Assembly (NCBI GenBank): GCA_049623505.1
Contig: JBMZTC010000012.1
Coordinates: forward strand, 13,008-77,007
Length of the DNA stretch: 64,000 nucleotides
Direction of reading: 5' to 3'
Source: Candidatus Puniceispirillaceae bacterium
Lineage (GTDB): Bacteria; Pseudomonadota; Alphaproteobacteria; Puniceispirillales; Puniceispirillaceae
The notes below the pieces were generated by a model, which was not told the DNA's origin, searched no databases, and was given only the letters and a program-made list of their open reading frames with translations. Each line of letters begins with the position of its first letter. The stretch's first letter is position 1. This document shows, piece after piece, positions 28,086 to 36,583 of the stretch. The position numbers and the translations under genes are program-made.

Positions 28086-29489
28086 TTACAGGTAATATCT
28101 GGCGGCGACAAGCGCGTAGGTCACCCCGCACAGGATCAACGCCAGCATCACCGCCGCGCTGCCATAATCCTTGGCGCGTTTCGACAGGCCGTGTTCCGAG
28201 TAGGAAATCCGGTCCACGGCCGCCTCGACGCTGGAGTTCAGCAGCTCGACAATCAGCACAAGGACCAGTGTTCCCAGCATCATGCCCGTTTCGACGGCCG
28301 TTGCTGGCATCCACAGCGCCAACGGGCCGAGGATTGCGGCAAGGATCAGTTCCTGGCGAAAGGCACTTTCCTCGCGGATGGCAAAGACCAGTCCGGCCCA
28401 GCTGTTGCGGGCCGCGAAAATGGCACGGGTGACGCCATGATTGTCCTTGTGGGGATTGTCCACGATGTGATAATCGCCCTGCCGGTTGCGTGAGCGTACC
28501 AGATGGCCGACAAAAATGTCGGTGGCGGCCGACCATGAAAACCCTTCGGCATGCGCCCGGGCGTCCGCGCGGAAGAGTTTCAACGCCGCGCGGCAGGCCG
28601 TGCCGAGATCTTCGTCAAGTACCCCTGCCGCTGATCCGCTGACAACGTCAATCGGTCCGGTAACCGGATATGCCGCCACCGGCAGCCCGCAGGCCATGGC
28701 CTCGAGAAGCACAAGTCCGAACGTATCGGTGCGGCTGGGAAAGACGAAGACATCGGCCTGATTGTAGAGTGCCGGCAGCGCCGTCATCTCCTTCGGACCA
28801 AAGAAGCGTACCTCGGGATAACGTTCCTTCAGACTGTCCAGTGCCGGCCCGCCACCAACAACCCATTTCTCGCCGGGAAGGTCGAGGTCAAGAAAGGCAG
28901 TCAGATTCTTTTCCACAGCAACCCGCCCGACATTGATGAAGATCGGGTTCTTTGGATCCGGCGTGGGGCGGGCGCTGGGATCAGGTGTGAACAGGTCAAG
29001 ATCAACCCCGCGTGGCCAGATCACCGGCGTGCCAACGCGCCATTTTTCAAGATCCTTCCTAACCGCATCTGTCGGCGCCATTACCACGTGGCCGGGCTTG
29101 TGGAACCAGCGCATGAAGGCATAGATCCAGCTGATCGGAATGCGGATTCGTGACCGCACATATTCGGGGAAGCGGGTGTGGTAGGCGGTCGTGAAGGCAA
29201 GCTGGTTGCGCCTTGCAAAGGCACGCGCCGCGAGACCAAGCGGACCCTCGGTGGCGATGTGAAGATGATCGGGGCCAAAACTGCGAAGCTGCGCCGAGAC
29301 CTGCCGTCCCGGCATCACTGACAGTCTGATTTCTGGATAGGTGGGGCACGGCACCGTGCGGAAATGCTCCGGTGTGACCATTAGGACCTCATGGCCAAGC
29401 TCCTGCAACCCCTCGCGTGTCTTGGTCAGCGTCCTGACAACGCCGTTGATCTGCGGATACCAGGCATCGGTGACGATCGCGACTTTCAC
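28086..29489 (-). CDS. GT4 glycosyltransferase (Agt-like) fused to diacylglycerol kinase (DgkA)
   Basis: N-terminal VTDAWYPQINGV, HIATEGPLG, GRVAVEKN, TDTFGLVLLEAMACG; C-terminal ESAFRQE, VELLNSSVEAAVDR, KRAKDYGSAAV; single uninterrupted 467-aa ORF. Confidence 0.92.
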   Translation of the reverse strand: MKVAIVTDAWYPQINGVVRTLTKTREGLQELGHEVLMVTPEHFRTVPCPTYPEIRLSVMPGRQVSAQLRSFGPDHLHIATEGPLGLAARAFARRNQLAFTTAYHTRFPEYVRSRIRIPISWIYAFMRWFHKPGHVVMAPTDAVRKDLEKWRVGTPVIWPRGVDLDLFTPDPSARPTPDPKNPIFINVGRVAVEKNLTAFLDLDLPGEKWVVGGGPALDSLKERYPEVRFFGPKEMTALPALYNQADVFVFPSRTDTFGLVLLEAMACGLPVAAYPVTGPIDVVSGSAAGVLDEDLGTACRAALKLFRADARAHAEGFSWSAATDIFVGHLVRSRNRQGDYHIVDNPHKDNHGVTRAIFAARNSWAGLVFAIREESAFRQELILAAILGPLALWMPATAVETGMMLGTLVLVLIVELLNSSVEAAVDRISYSEHGLSKRAKDYGSAAVMLALILCGVTYALVAARYYL

Positions 29490-30328
29490 GCGCTAGCACC
29501 GATCTGGATGTTCGTTTCATCCGGCGTCACGAACTGGTCGTTGATCTGCCAGGTGGTGGTTGTCTCGGCATGCTGCCAGTCAAGAAGCTCGAGGCGTCCG
29601 TCATGATGCTCGACAAGTGCCGACAGTGATTCCACCCAGTCGCCATCATTGGCGTACAGGACTCCGTCGACCTCGCGCATCTCGGGCTTGTGGATATGTC
29701 CGCAGACGACCCCGTCGCACCTGCGTCGTCGAGTCTCTGTCAACATTGCCGTTTCGAAGGCGGATATGAAGGATATGGCTGATTTGACGCGGTGCTTGAG
29801 GTATTGCGACAGTGACCAGTAGGGCATATTCAGAAGATTGCGAATGCCATTCAGCAGCCTGTTCAAGCGCAGCAGCAGCGTGTAGGCACGGTCACCAAGA
29901 TAGGCCAGCCAGCGGGCATGCTGGATCACATTGTCGAAAAGATCGCCATGAACAACCCATAATCGTTTGCCATCGGCGGTCTCGTGAATGTCATCCTGCT
30001 TGATGGCGATATCACCGAAATTGACCCCAAGGTAATGTCTGGCGGCTTCATCATGGTTGCCCGGGATATAGATCACACGGGTGCCGTTGCGCGCCTTGCG
30101 AAGCAGTTTCTGGACAACGTCATTGTGTTCCTGTGGCCAATAGAAACGCTTTTTCAGCTGCCAGCCATCGACAATGTCACCAACCAGATACAGCGTCTCG
30201 CTGTGCGTATATTTCAGGAAATGCAACAGCGCTTTCGCCTGCGCCCCGGGCGTACCGAGATGCGTGTCGGAAATCCAGATGGTGCGGTAGTTCTGAATAC
30301 CTGTCTTTTCATCCAGCAAAATTATCAT
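29486..30328 (-). CDS. plcP: PlcP-type metallophosphoesterase (phospholipase C; often annotated UDP-2,3-diacylglucosamine hydrolase)
   Basis: ISDTHLG, VGDIVDGW, GNHD, HGDLFD, CGHIH, NDGDWVES; overlaps the GT start. Confidence 0.88.
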   Translation of the reverse strand: MIILLDEKTGIQNYRTIWISDTHLGTPGAQAKALLHFLKYTHSETLYLVGDIVDGWQLKKRFYWPQEHNDVVQKLLRKARNGTRVIYIPGNHDEAARHYLGVNFGDIAIKQDDIHETADGKRLWVVHGDLFDNVIQHARWLAYLGDRAYTLLLRLNRLLNGIRNLLNMPYWSLSQYLKHRVKSAISFISAFETAMLTETRRRRCDGVVCGHIHKPEMREVDGVLYANDGDWVESLSALVEHHDGRLELLDWQHAETTTTWQINDQFVTPDETNIQIGASA

Positions 30329-30363
30329 CCCGCCCCATCCTGAGTTCCGGCAGTCTAGGGGGG

Positions 30364-30407
30364 CAATGTGACGCGAATGTTACCGCCGGGTTTCAGTTTT
30401 GTGATGC
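30364..30407 (-). promoter_or_regulatory. Candidate Pho-box array (4 units in 11-bp phase)
   Basis: Minus strand GCATCACAAAA / CTGAAACCCGG / CGGTAACATTC / GCGTCACATTG versus consensus CTGTCATAAAA; degenerate. Confidence 0.5.
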
Positions 30408-30436
30408 GTTTGCGCGCCGGGGCGGGCCGTCCCTGT

Positions 30437-31423
30437 TCAGGAATGGGGCATCATTTCCAGCAATGATGTCATCGCGCGATGGCCTGACATGAAGGCGTCT
30501 TCAACACGCGCGCCGGCAGTCCAGTCACCGGCAATGCCGATCATGCCGTCAGCGCTGAACCGCGGCGCATCGGCGGCGGCGGCCTGAATGACCCTGGCAT
30601 AGCGCCATCTGTGGGCCGCGATATAGCGGGGAGTTGGCAGGGGCGTTCCGGTCATGGCCCCGATCATGCTCTGGTAGGCCGCCAGCAGCGCCTCGGCGAC
30701 CGAGGCGGCATCGCGTTCCAGTTCGGCCTCGCTCCAGTCTGGCGCGGCCTGTACAACCAGTGCGGTGCCCGCCTCGGCGGGGGCGTTGCCGGGGCGGTGT
30801 GGTTCCCAGCAGGCCCATCCAACCGGCCCGCTGTCGGCGCTGACAGGCTCTGCCATTGCTGGCGGATTGTCATTCTCAAACCCATACATGCCGGTCCAGC
30901 ATGGCGCGTAGCTGGCGCTGCGCGCGGTGGCGGCGAGATCAGCCGCGACGGGCGCCAGCAATCGTGCTGTCTGCGGGGCAGGGGCTGTTATCAGGACCTG
31001 TCGTCCCTGCGCCACCGGCCCCTGCGCATCATGCAGCGTCATGAACCCGTCATCATGCGTTATGTCTGTGACCTCGACCTGCTGCCTGATGGTGTGTCCC
31101 TCGCCAAGAAACCCCGGAAGGTCGCGCATTGTCGGCGTGCCGCAGAAGGCATCGCGACCGGCAACATGCCACGGCACAAGCGCGCCGCCTGTCCGGGCGG
31201 ACTCGCAGGCGGTGAGGAAATCAGATTGTCGCGCGGTCAGGAACTGGGCGCCATGATTGAAGGTAAACCCATCGGCGCGGCGGGTTGATACCCGGCCACC
31301 GATGCGACGCCCCTTGTCAAGGATGCAGACCGAGCGGCCAGCCGATCTGGCGACGCCTGCCGCGGCAAGGCCGGCCATGCCGCTGCCGATGATGACGATG
31401 TCGAAAGCCTGAAGTGAAGACAT
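30437..31423 (-). CDS. Renalase-like NAD(P)/FAD-dependent oxidoreductase
   Basis: IIGSGMAGL, DKGRRIGGRVSTRR, FNHGAQF, HRWRYA, AGDW. Confidence 0.9.
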   Translation of the reverse strand: MSSLQAFDIVIIGSGMAGLAAAGVARSAGRSVCILDKGRRIGGRVSTRRADGFTFNHGAQFLTARQSDFLTACESARTGGALVPWHVAGRDAFCGTPTMRDLPGFLGEGHTIRQQVEVTDITHDDGFMTLHDAQGPVAQGRQVLITAPAPQTARLLAPVAADLAATARSASYAPCWTGMYGFENDNPPAMAEPVSADSGPVGWACWEPHRPGNAPAEAGTALVVQAAPDWSEAELERDAASVAEALLAAYQSMIGAMTGTPLPTPRYIAAHRWRYARVIQAAAADAPRFSADGMIGIAGDWTAGARVEDAFMSGHRAMTSLLEMMPHS

Positions 31424-31523
31424 GAACCTGTTCCGTGAATTGCTGCGGTGCGCTGTGCCCCGCTGGCGCCTTGCCCCGGATATGGGTATGGTGTCGCCAA
31501 ATCACCAGCCGGGATCAGGGGAC

Positions 31524-33035
31524 ATGCTGTCAACAAAAGCCGCCATCGCGCTTCACAGGGAAGCTGCCACCTTGCAGGAGGGACATCTTCGTGACCTCGT
31601 TGGCGATGCCGGGCGTGCGCGTGGCCTTGTCTATGAGATGGATGATCTGCGAGTCGACCTGTCGCGCCAGAAGGTGACAGCGCACACCATGCAGCTGCTT
31701 CTCGATCTGGCGGATGAGACCGGGCTTGCCGCCCGCATCGCCGCCCTGTTCGCCGGGGAGAAGGTCAACAAATCCGAGGATCGTGCGGTTGTTCATATGG
31801 CGCAGCGTGGCGCGGAACGACGCAATGGCGCTGAATATGCCCGCCTGTCCGCATTCGCCGAATCCATCCGGCGCGGCGATGTCGCCGATGTAGTGAATAT
31901 CGGCATTGGCGGGTCCGATCTGGGGCCGGCGATGGTCAGCGCCGCGCTGGCAAGCCATGCCAGCGGACCACGCCTGCATTATGTCTCCAACGTCGATCCA
32001 AGCCACCTTCATGACGTGCTGGCGGCCTGCGATCCGGCGCGCACGCTGATCATCATCACCTCGAAAACCTTTACCACCGCCGAAACAATGCGCAACGCCG
32101 CGCTGGCCCGGGACTGGAAGGGCGGCTCGACAGACGGAATGGCGGCGGTGACCGCGGCGCCGCGGGTGGCCGGCGACTGGGGACTCGCGCCGGACCACAT
32201 CTTTGATTTCGATCAGGGCGTCGGCGGGCGCTATTCGCTGTGGTCGGCGGTTGGCCTGCCGGTGATGATTGATGTCGGGCCAGATGCCTTTGCCGAGATG
32301 CTGGCCGGCGCGGCGGCGATGGATGACCATTTTCGCACCGCGCCGCATGCCGCCAACTTGCCAGTCCTGATGGGGCTGCTTCGTGTCTGGAACCGCAATT
32401 TCATGGGGCTGGCGACGCATGGCATCATGCCCTATGACCAGCGGCTTCATCTGGTGCCGGCCTGGGCGCAGCAGCTGGAGATGGAATCGAACGGCAAGTC
32501 TGTCTCGGTCGACGGGGCGGCATTGGAACACGCCACGACGCCGGTGATCTGGGGCACGGCCGGCACTGGCTGTCAGCACAGTTTTTTCCAGGCGCTGCAC
32601 CAGGGGCGCGATGTGGTGCCGCTGGACATTCTGGTGCCGATGCAACCGACCGGGCTGCGTCTTGACGGTGACTGGGTGGCAAGCCACCGGGTGCTGGTCG
32701 CGAATGCGGTGGCGCAGGCCGAGGCGCTGGCCATCGGCAGCCCCAATGCCGCCGAACCGCACCGCCATTTTGCCGGTGACAGGCCGTCGACGATCCTCAG
32801 CTGGGACGCCACAACGCCCTTCGCGCTTGGCCGGCTGCTGGCGCTTTATGAGCATGTGACGGTGGTCAGCGGTTTTGTCTGGGGGGTCAACAGTTTCGAC
32901 CAGTGGGGAGTCGAGCTTGGCAAGGTCATGGCCAGACAGGCCGAGGCGGTGCTTGCCGGCGAGGCGGCGGCCGATGGCCTCAGCGCGACGGCGGCCGATC
33001 TGCTGGCGCGGATTTCGACATCCGACGACAGCTAG
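31524..33035 (+). CDS. pgi: Glucose-6-phosphate isomerase
   Basis: IGIGGSDLG, SKTFTTAET, GGRYSLWS, QLEMESNGK, FDQWGVELGK. Confidence 0.97.
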   Translation: MLSTKAAIALHREAATLQEGHLRDLVGDAGRARGLVYEMDDLRVDLSRQKVTAHTMQLLLDLADETGLAARIAALFAGEKVNKSEDRAVVHMAQRGAERRNGAEYARLSAFAESIRRGDVADVVNIGIGGSDLGPAMVSAALASHASGPRLHYVSNVDPSHLHDVLAACDPARTLIIITSKTFTTAETMRNAALARDWKGGSTDGMAAVTAAPRVAGDWGLAPDHIFDFDQGVGGRYSLWSAVGLPVMIDVGPDAFAEMLAGAAAMDDHFRTAPHAANLPVLMGLLRVWNRNFMGLATHGIMPYDQRLHLVPAWAQQLEMESNGKSVSVDGAALEHATTPVIWGTAGTGCQHSFFQALHQGRDVVPLDILVPMQPTGLRLDGDWVASHRVLVANAVAQAEALAIGSPNAAEPHRHFAGDRPSTILSWDATTPFALGRLLALYEHVTVVSGFVWGVNSFDQWGVELGKVMARQAEAVLAGEAAADGLSATAADLLARISTSDDS

Positions 33036-33038
33036 ACA

Positions 33039-33941
33039 ATGTTCAGCGCCTTTATCGGCATCGACTGGTCCGGCGCGCGCGGACCGCGCCAGCCCGGCAT
33101 CCAGGTTGCGAGAGCCACCCCCGGGCGCAGTCCCCCCGAAACAGTCCTTCCCGCCGCCGGGCGGCATTGGGGGCGCGAGAGTGTCCATGACTGGCTGCTG
33201 GCCGAGGCTGCCGGTGACACGGGGTCGCCGATTCTTGTCGGGATCGATTTTGCCTTCGCGCATCCCTTCAGCGATGAAGGTGCCTATTACCCCGGACTTG
33301 ATGATTCGCCATCTGGCCCGGCGGCGCTGTGGGCGCGGGTCGAGGCCGAATGCGCTGGCGATCCGCATTTCTATGGCGGGGCCATGTTCGCGGCACCGCG
33401 ACTTGCCGATTATTACCTGTCGCCACACAATCACGGGGCACCGCATTACCGCAGCCGTCGTCGCCTGACCGAACTTGCGGCGCGTGACTCCGCCCGCGCG
33501 CCATCCCCCACCTTCAAGGCCATCGGCGCCGACAATGTCGCCACCGGATCAATGGCCGGCATGCGTCTGATCCAGGCGCTTCGTGCGGCGCTGGGGCCGC
33601 GTCTTGCTGTCTGGCCGTTCGATGAGGCGACGCGCCCGGACGGGCTGTCGATGGTGCTGGTCGAAATCTTCCCGAGCTATTATTTCCACCGCGCCGGGTT
33701 CAACCCGGCGAAGAACGCCGCCGCCGACCCGGCCTTCATGAATGGCGCGCTGGCGGCCTATGACAGCGGCGGTGTCGGGCCTGACTTCATCCCGCGCGGG
33801 GCCGATGCCGACGAGGCCGACGCCATTATTTCAGCCGCCGCGATGCGCTGGTTCGCGGGGCGGGGCGGGACCTGGACAGCGCCGTCCGCCGCCGCCCTCG
33901 AAGGCTGGATCTTCGGGGTGCCTGTTGTCTCTGCCGGCTGA
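33039..33941 (+). CDS. Predicted RNase H-fold nuclease (DUF429-like)
   Basis: FIGIDWSG, VGIDFAFAHP, LVEIFPS, DEADAIISA acidic motif pattern. Confidence 0.65.
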   Translation: MFSAFIGIDWSGARGPRQPGIQVARATPGRSPPETVLPAAGRHWGRESVHDWLLAEAAGDTGSPILVGIDFAFAHPFSDEGAYYPGLDDSPSGPAALWARVEAECAGDPHFYGGAMFAAPRLADYYLSPHNHGAPHYRSRRRLTELAARDSARAPSPTFKAIGADNVATGSMAGMRLIQALRAALGPRLAVWPFDEATRPDGLSMVLVEIFPSYYFHRAGFNPAKNAAADPAFMNGALAAYDSGGVGPDFIPRGADADEADAIISAAAMRWFAGRGGTWTAPSAAALEGWIFGVPVVSAG

Positions 33942-33986
33942 CCAAATACAGGCAAGACACCGAGTGTCCGCGGTCAGGTCTGACCC

Positions 33987-34187
33987 TTAGCCGTTGGCGG
34001 CCAGATAGACCGCGCGGTGCCAGTGGAAGATGCTGATGGTCAGCGCGATCAGCGCGGCGATCAGGGCGTAGGTCAGCAGCCGTTTCCTGCGATCCGCCAT
34101 TTCGGATTTGCCGATCTTGTCGATGGCGAGAAAAATGGCGCCCGCCGCCAGGAGAAAGCCGCCGCCGCCAACAAGTACCGTATCCAT
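33987..34187 (-). CDS. Small 2-TM hypothetical membrane protein
   Basis: RBS GGGGAG; 66 aa with two hydrophobic helices. Confidence 0.7.
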   Translation of the reverse strand: MDTVLVGGGGFLLAAGAIFLAIDKIGKSEMADRRKRLLTYALIAALIALTISIFHWHRAVYLAANG

Positions 34188-34234
34188 ACCATCACTCCCC
34201 TGTTTCATCCGGCGGCCCATGCCACACCTGTATC

Positions 34235-34279
34235 CCCAAGGCCATCATGCCCAAGGCCATCACGCCCAAGGCCATCACG
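34235..34279. repeat. 3 x 15-bp tandem repeat (CCCAAGGCCATCAYG)
   Basis: Units at 34235, 34250 and 34265 in an intergenic region. Confidence 0.95.
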
Positions 34280-34363
34280 CCTGTGGCGGAATGTCACGGT
34301 CGGAGCATGACATGAAAGCATCGGCACGACAATGTCCGTGCCGGTGTGATCCGGCTGGAAAAT

Positions 34364-35020
34364 TCAGACAGTCTTGCTGACAGGCTCGAAATCGGCGCCG
34401 TTGTAATAGAACAGGCTGCCTTCGCCGATATCGTTCCACAGGCCGTGGATCGACAGCGTTTCCGCCTCGACAGCCTCGCGGACGAACGGAAAGCCCATCA
34501 GATTGTGCATCGATTCCACGATGCCCTCGCGTTCCAGCGCGGCGATCTGGTCGGTCTCGCTTCCCTTGCCGACAATGCGGTCATAGGCCGGACGGAGGAT
34601 GTCCATCCACCGGCCGACAAAGCTGGATTGTTCTTCCAGTTCGGGGGCGTCGCCATGGCACATGCGGTAACAGCCATTGATCCCGCCACAGCTCGAATGG
34701 CCAAGGACGATCACATGCGAGACCTTCAGCGCGCAGACGGCGTATTCCAGCGCCGCCGAGGTGCCATGATGGTCGCCGTCAGGCTTGTAGGGCGGCACCA
34801 GATTGGCGATGTTGCGGTGGATGAAAAACTCGCCTGTGTCCGACCCGAAGATCGAGGTGACATGCACACGGCTGTCACAACAGGAAATGACCATGGCGCG
34901 CGGATGCTGTCCGTCCTCGGCAAGATGCTTGTACCACACCTTGTTCTCGACGAATTTCGTCGCCTTCCATCCTTCATAGCGCTGTACGAAATAGGGCGGC
35001 AGTGGCAAACCGATAGTCAT
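34364..35020 (-). CDS. Beta-class carbonic anhydrase
   Basis: SCCDSRV, HRNIAN, LGHSSCGG; RBS GAGGAG. Confidence 0.96.
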   Translation of the reverse strand: MTIGLPLPPYFVQRYEGWKATKFVENKVWYKHLAEDGQHPRAMVISCCDSRVHVTSIFGSDTGEFFIHRNIANLVPPYKPDGDHHGTSAALEYAVCALKVSHVIVLGHSSCGGINGCYRMCHGDAPELEEQSSFVGRWMDILRPAYDRIVGKGSETDQIAALEREGIVESMHNLMGFPFVREAVEAETLSIHGLWNDIGEGSLFYYNGADFEPVSKTV

Positions 35021-35071
35021 GACTCTCCTCTCTTCCGGTTGCCATCTTCTACAGTGGACCGGCGCGAAAAT

Positions 35072-36010
35072 CTACTGGTCTACGTCGTCGGGATAGGTAT
35101 CACGCAGCGTGGTGATGATGTCGTCAAGGAACTTCGCCGCCGCCACCGGCAGGACGCGGCCCTTCAAATGGCAGATATGCAGCGTTCCCGGCGGCACATC
35201 GGCCGGGTCCAGTGGTCGCGCGACAAGCAGCGGGTCGAAATCATCCGCCTGGCCAGCCCCGCCGCCGGCCCCGATGGCGATCGGAATCTGGAAAAACAGC
35301 GATGATTCGAAATGCAGGAAATTCTGCATGAATTCGAAGCTGTCCGATTCGAGCACAACCTCCATGTCGACGGCGCGCCGCAGCAACCCGGTGTCCAGAA
35401 GCTGGCGAACGCCGCTCTGCGCGGTTGGCAGGACAAGTTTTTCGCCGGCGAGATCCCGAAGCTTGATCTGATCACGGCCGGCAAGCCGATGGTCGGCCGG
35501 CATCACGCAATGGATCTGCTGGCGCAGGGTGGCGGCGACATGAACATGCGCGGCGCGAATCGGCGCAAAGATCAGCGCGATATCAGCATCCAGCGAAAAC
35601 AGCCTGGCCTCGGCTTCCTCGCCATAGCATCGCGCCAGGTCAAAGCTGACGGCCGGATGGGCCGCGCGATAGGTGGCAATGGTCTCGGGCAGCAGCCGGC
35701 GCAGCGCGTCGGCGCCGCTGGCGATCTGAACATGGCCGCGGCGGATGCCGCTGAGGTCGGCGATCTGCGATTGCACGCGCGCCAGATCGGCGAATTGCGA
35801 GCGGATATGCTGGACAAAGATTTCACCGGCCGTATTCAGACGCACCCCGCCGGGCAGCCGTTCGAACAGAGGCTGCCCGATCTCGTCCTCAATCTGCAGG
35901 ATTCGCCGGTTCAGCGCTGTTGAGGTGATGGCAAGCTTGTCTGCCGCCTTGCGAATTGACCCCTCGCGGGCAACGACATCAATGAACTTCAGGCTGGTCA
36001 TGAACCGCAT
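35072..36010 (-). CDS. LysR-family transcriptional regulator
   Basis: GSIRKAA..LAITSTALNRRI..E..IGQPLFER HTH; substrate-binding domain. Confidence 0.93.
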   Translation of the reverse strand: MRFMTSLKFIDVVAREGSIRKAADKLAITSTALNRRILQIEDEIGQPLFERLPGGVRLNTAGEIFVQHIRSQFADLARVQSQIADLSGIRRGHVQIASGADALRRLLPETIATYRAAHPAVSFDLARCYGEEAEARLFSLDADIALIFAPIRAAHVHVAATLRQQIHCVMPADHRLAGRDQIKLRDLAGEKLVLPTAQSGVRQLLDTGLLRRAVDMEVVLESDSFEFMQNFLHFESSLFFQIPIAIGAGGGAGQADDFDPLLVARPLDPADVPPGTLHICHLKGRVLPVAAAKFLDDIITTLRDTYPDDVDQ

Positions 36011-36057
36011 AGACAAGGTCTCCAAAACTTCCGGTCAGCGGTTCATATAGCAAGGCG

Positions 36058-36072
36058 ATGCAAAAAATGCAC
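36058..36072. promoter_or_regulatory. LysR-type T-N11-A dyad
   Basis: ATGC-AAAAAAT-GCAC about 50 bp upstream of the lysR start. Confidence 0.5.
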
Positions 36073-36226
36073 CGCTTACCTGCAAATTTAGCAGAATTGC
36101 TGTGCGTCCTCTCCTGATACCACGTCATCACCACAGATGGCGGGGCCTGCGCCCTCCTGCATGTCACGCCGTCAAAGACCTGTCGCTCAGCACCGTGGTG
36201 GCGACAGTGCAAAGGAAGGACTGACT

Positions 36227-36565
36227 ATGAAGTACATCGTGGCAATCATTCAGCCCAGCCGCCTTGCCGCCGTGCATGAAGCACTGGTGGCGATTGGCAT
36301 TGAGGGGCTGACCACATCGGAAGTTCAGGGATATGGGCGTCAGAAAGGTAAGACCGAGGTCTATCGCGGCACCGAATACACCGTGAATTTTCTCCCGAAA
36401 GTGAAAGTCGAGATCGCTGTTGAGGCGGGCATGGTCGAAAAGGCCTGCGACGCCATCAAGGGCGCTGCCGAGTCGGGCAAGATCGGCGACGGCAAGGTTT
36501 TCGTTCTGGACCTCGAATCAGCCCTGCGCATTCGCACGGGCGAAGCTGGCGTTGCGGCGCTGTAA
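36227..36565 (+). CDS. glnK: PII nitrogen regulatory protein
   Basis: GYGRQKGKTEVYRGTEY (uridylylated Tyr), GKIGDGKVFV, IRTGE; linked to amtB. Confidence 0.97.
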   Translation: MKYIVAIIQPSRLAAVHEALVAIGIEGLTTSEVQGYGRQKGKTEVYRGTEYTVNFLPKVKVEIAVEAGMVEKACDAIKGAAESGKIGDGKVFVLDLESALRIRTGEAGVAAL

Positions 36566-36583
36566 GACCAAGGAGTTTCCCAC

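Noticed and set aside
36040-36110. Sigma54 promoter or NtrC site for glnK-amtB
   Set aside because: No TGGCAC-N5-TTGC spacing and no TGCACCA-N3-TGGTGCA; the dyad fits a LysR T-N11-A box better
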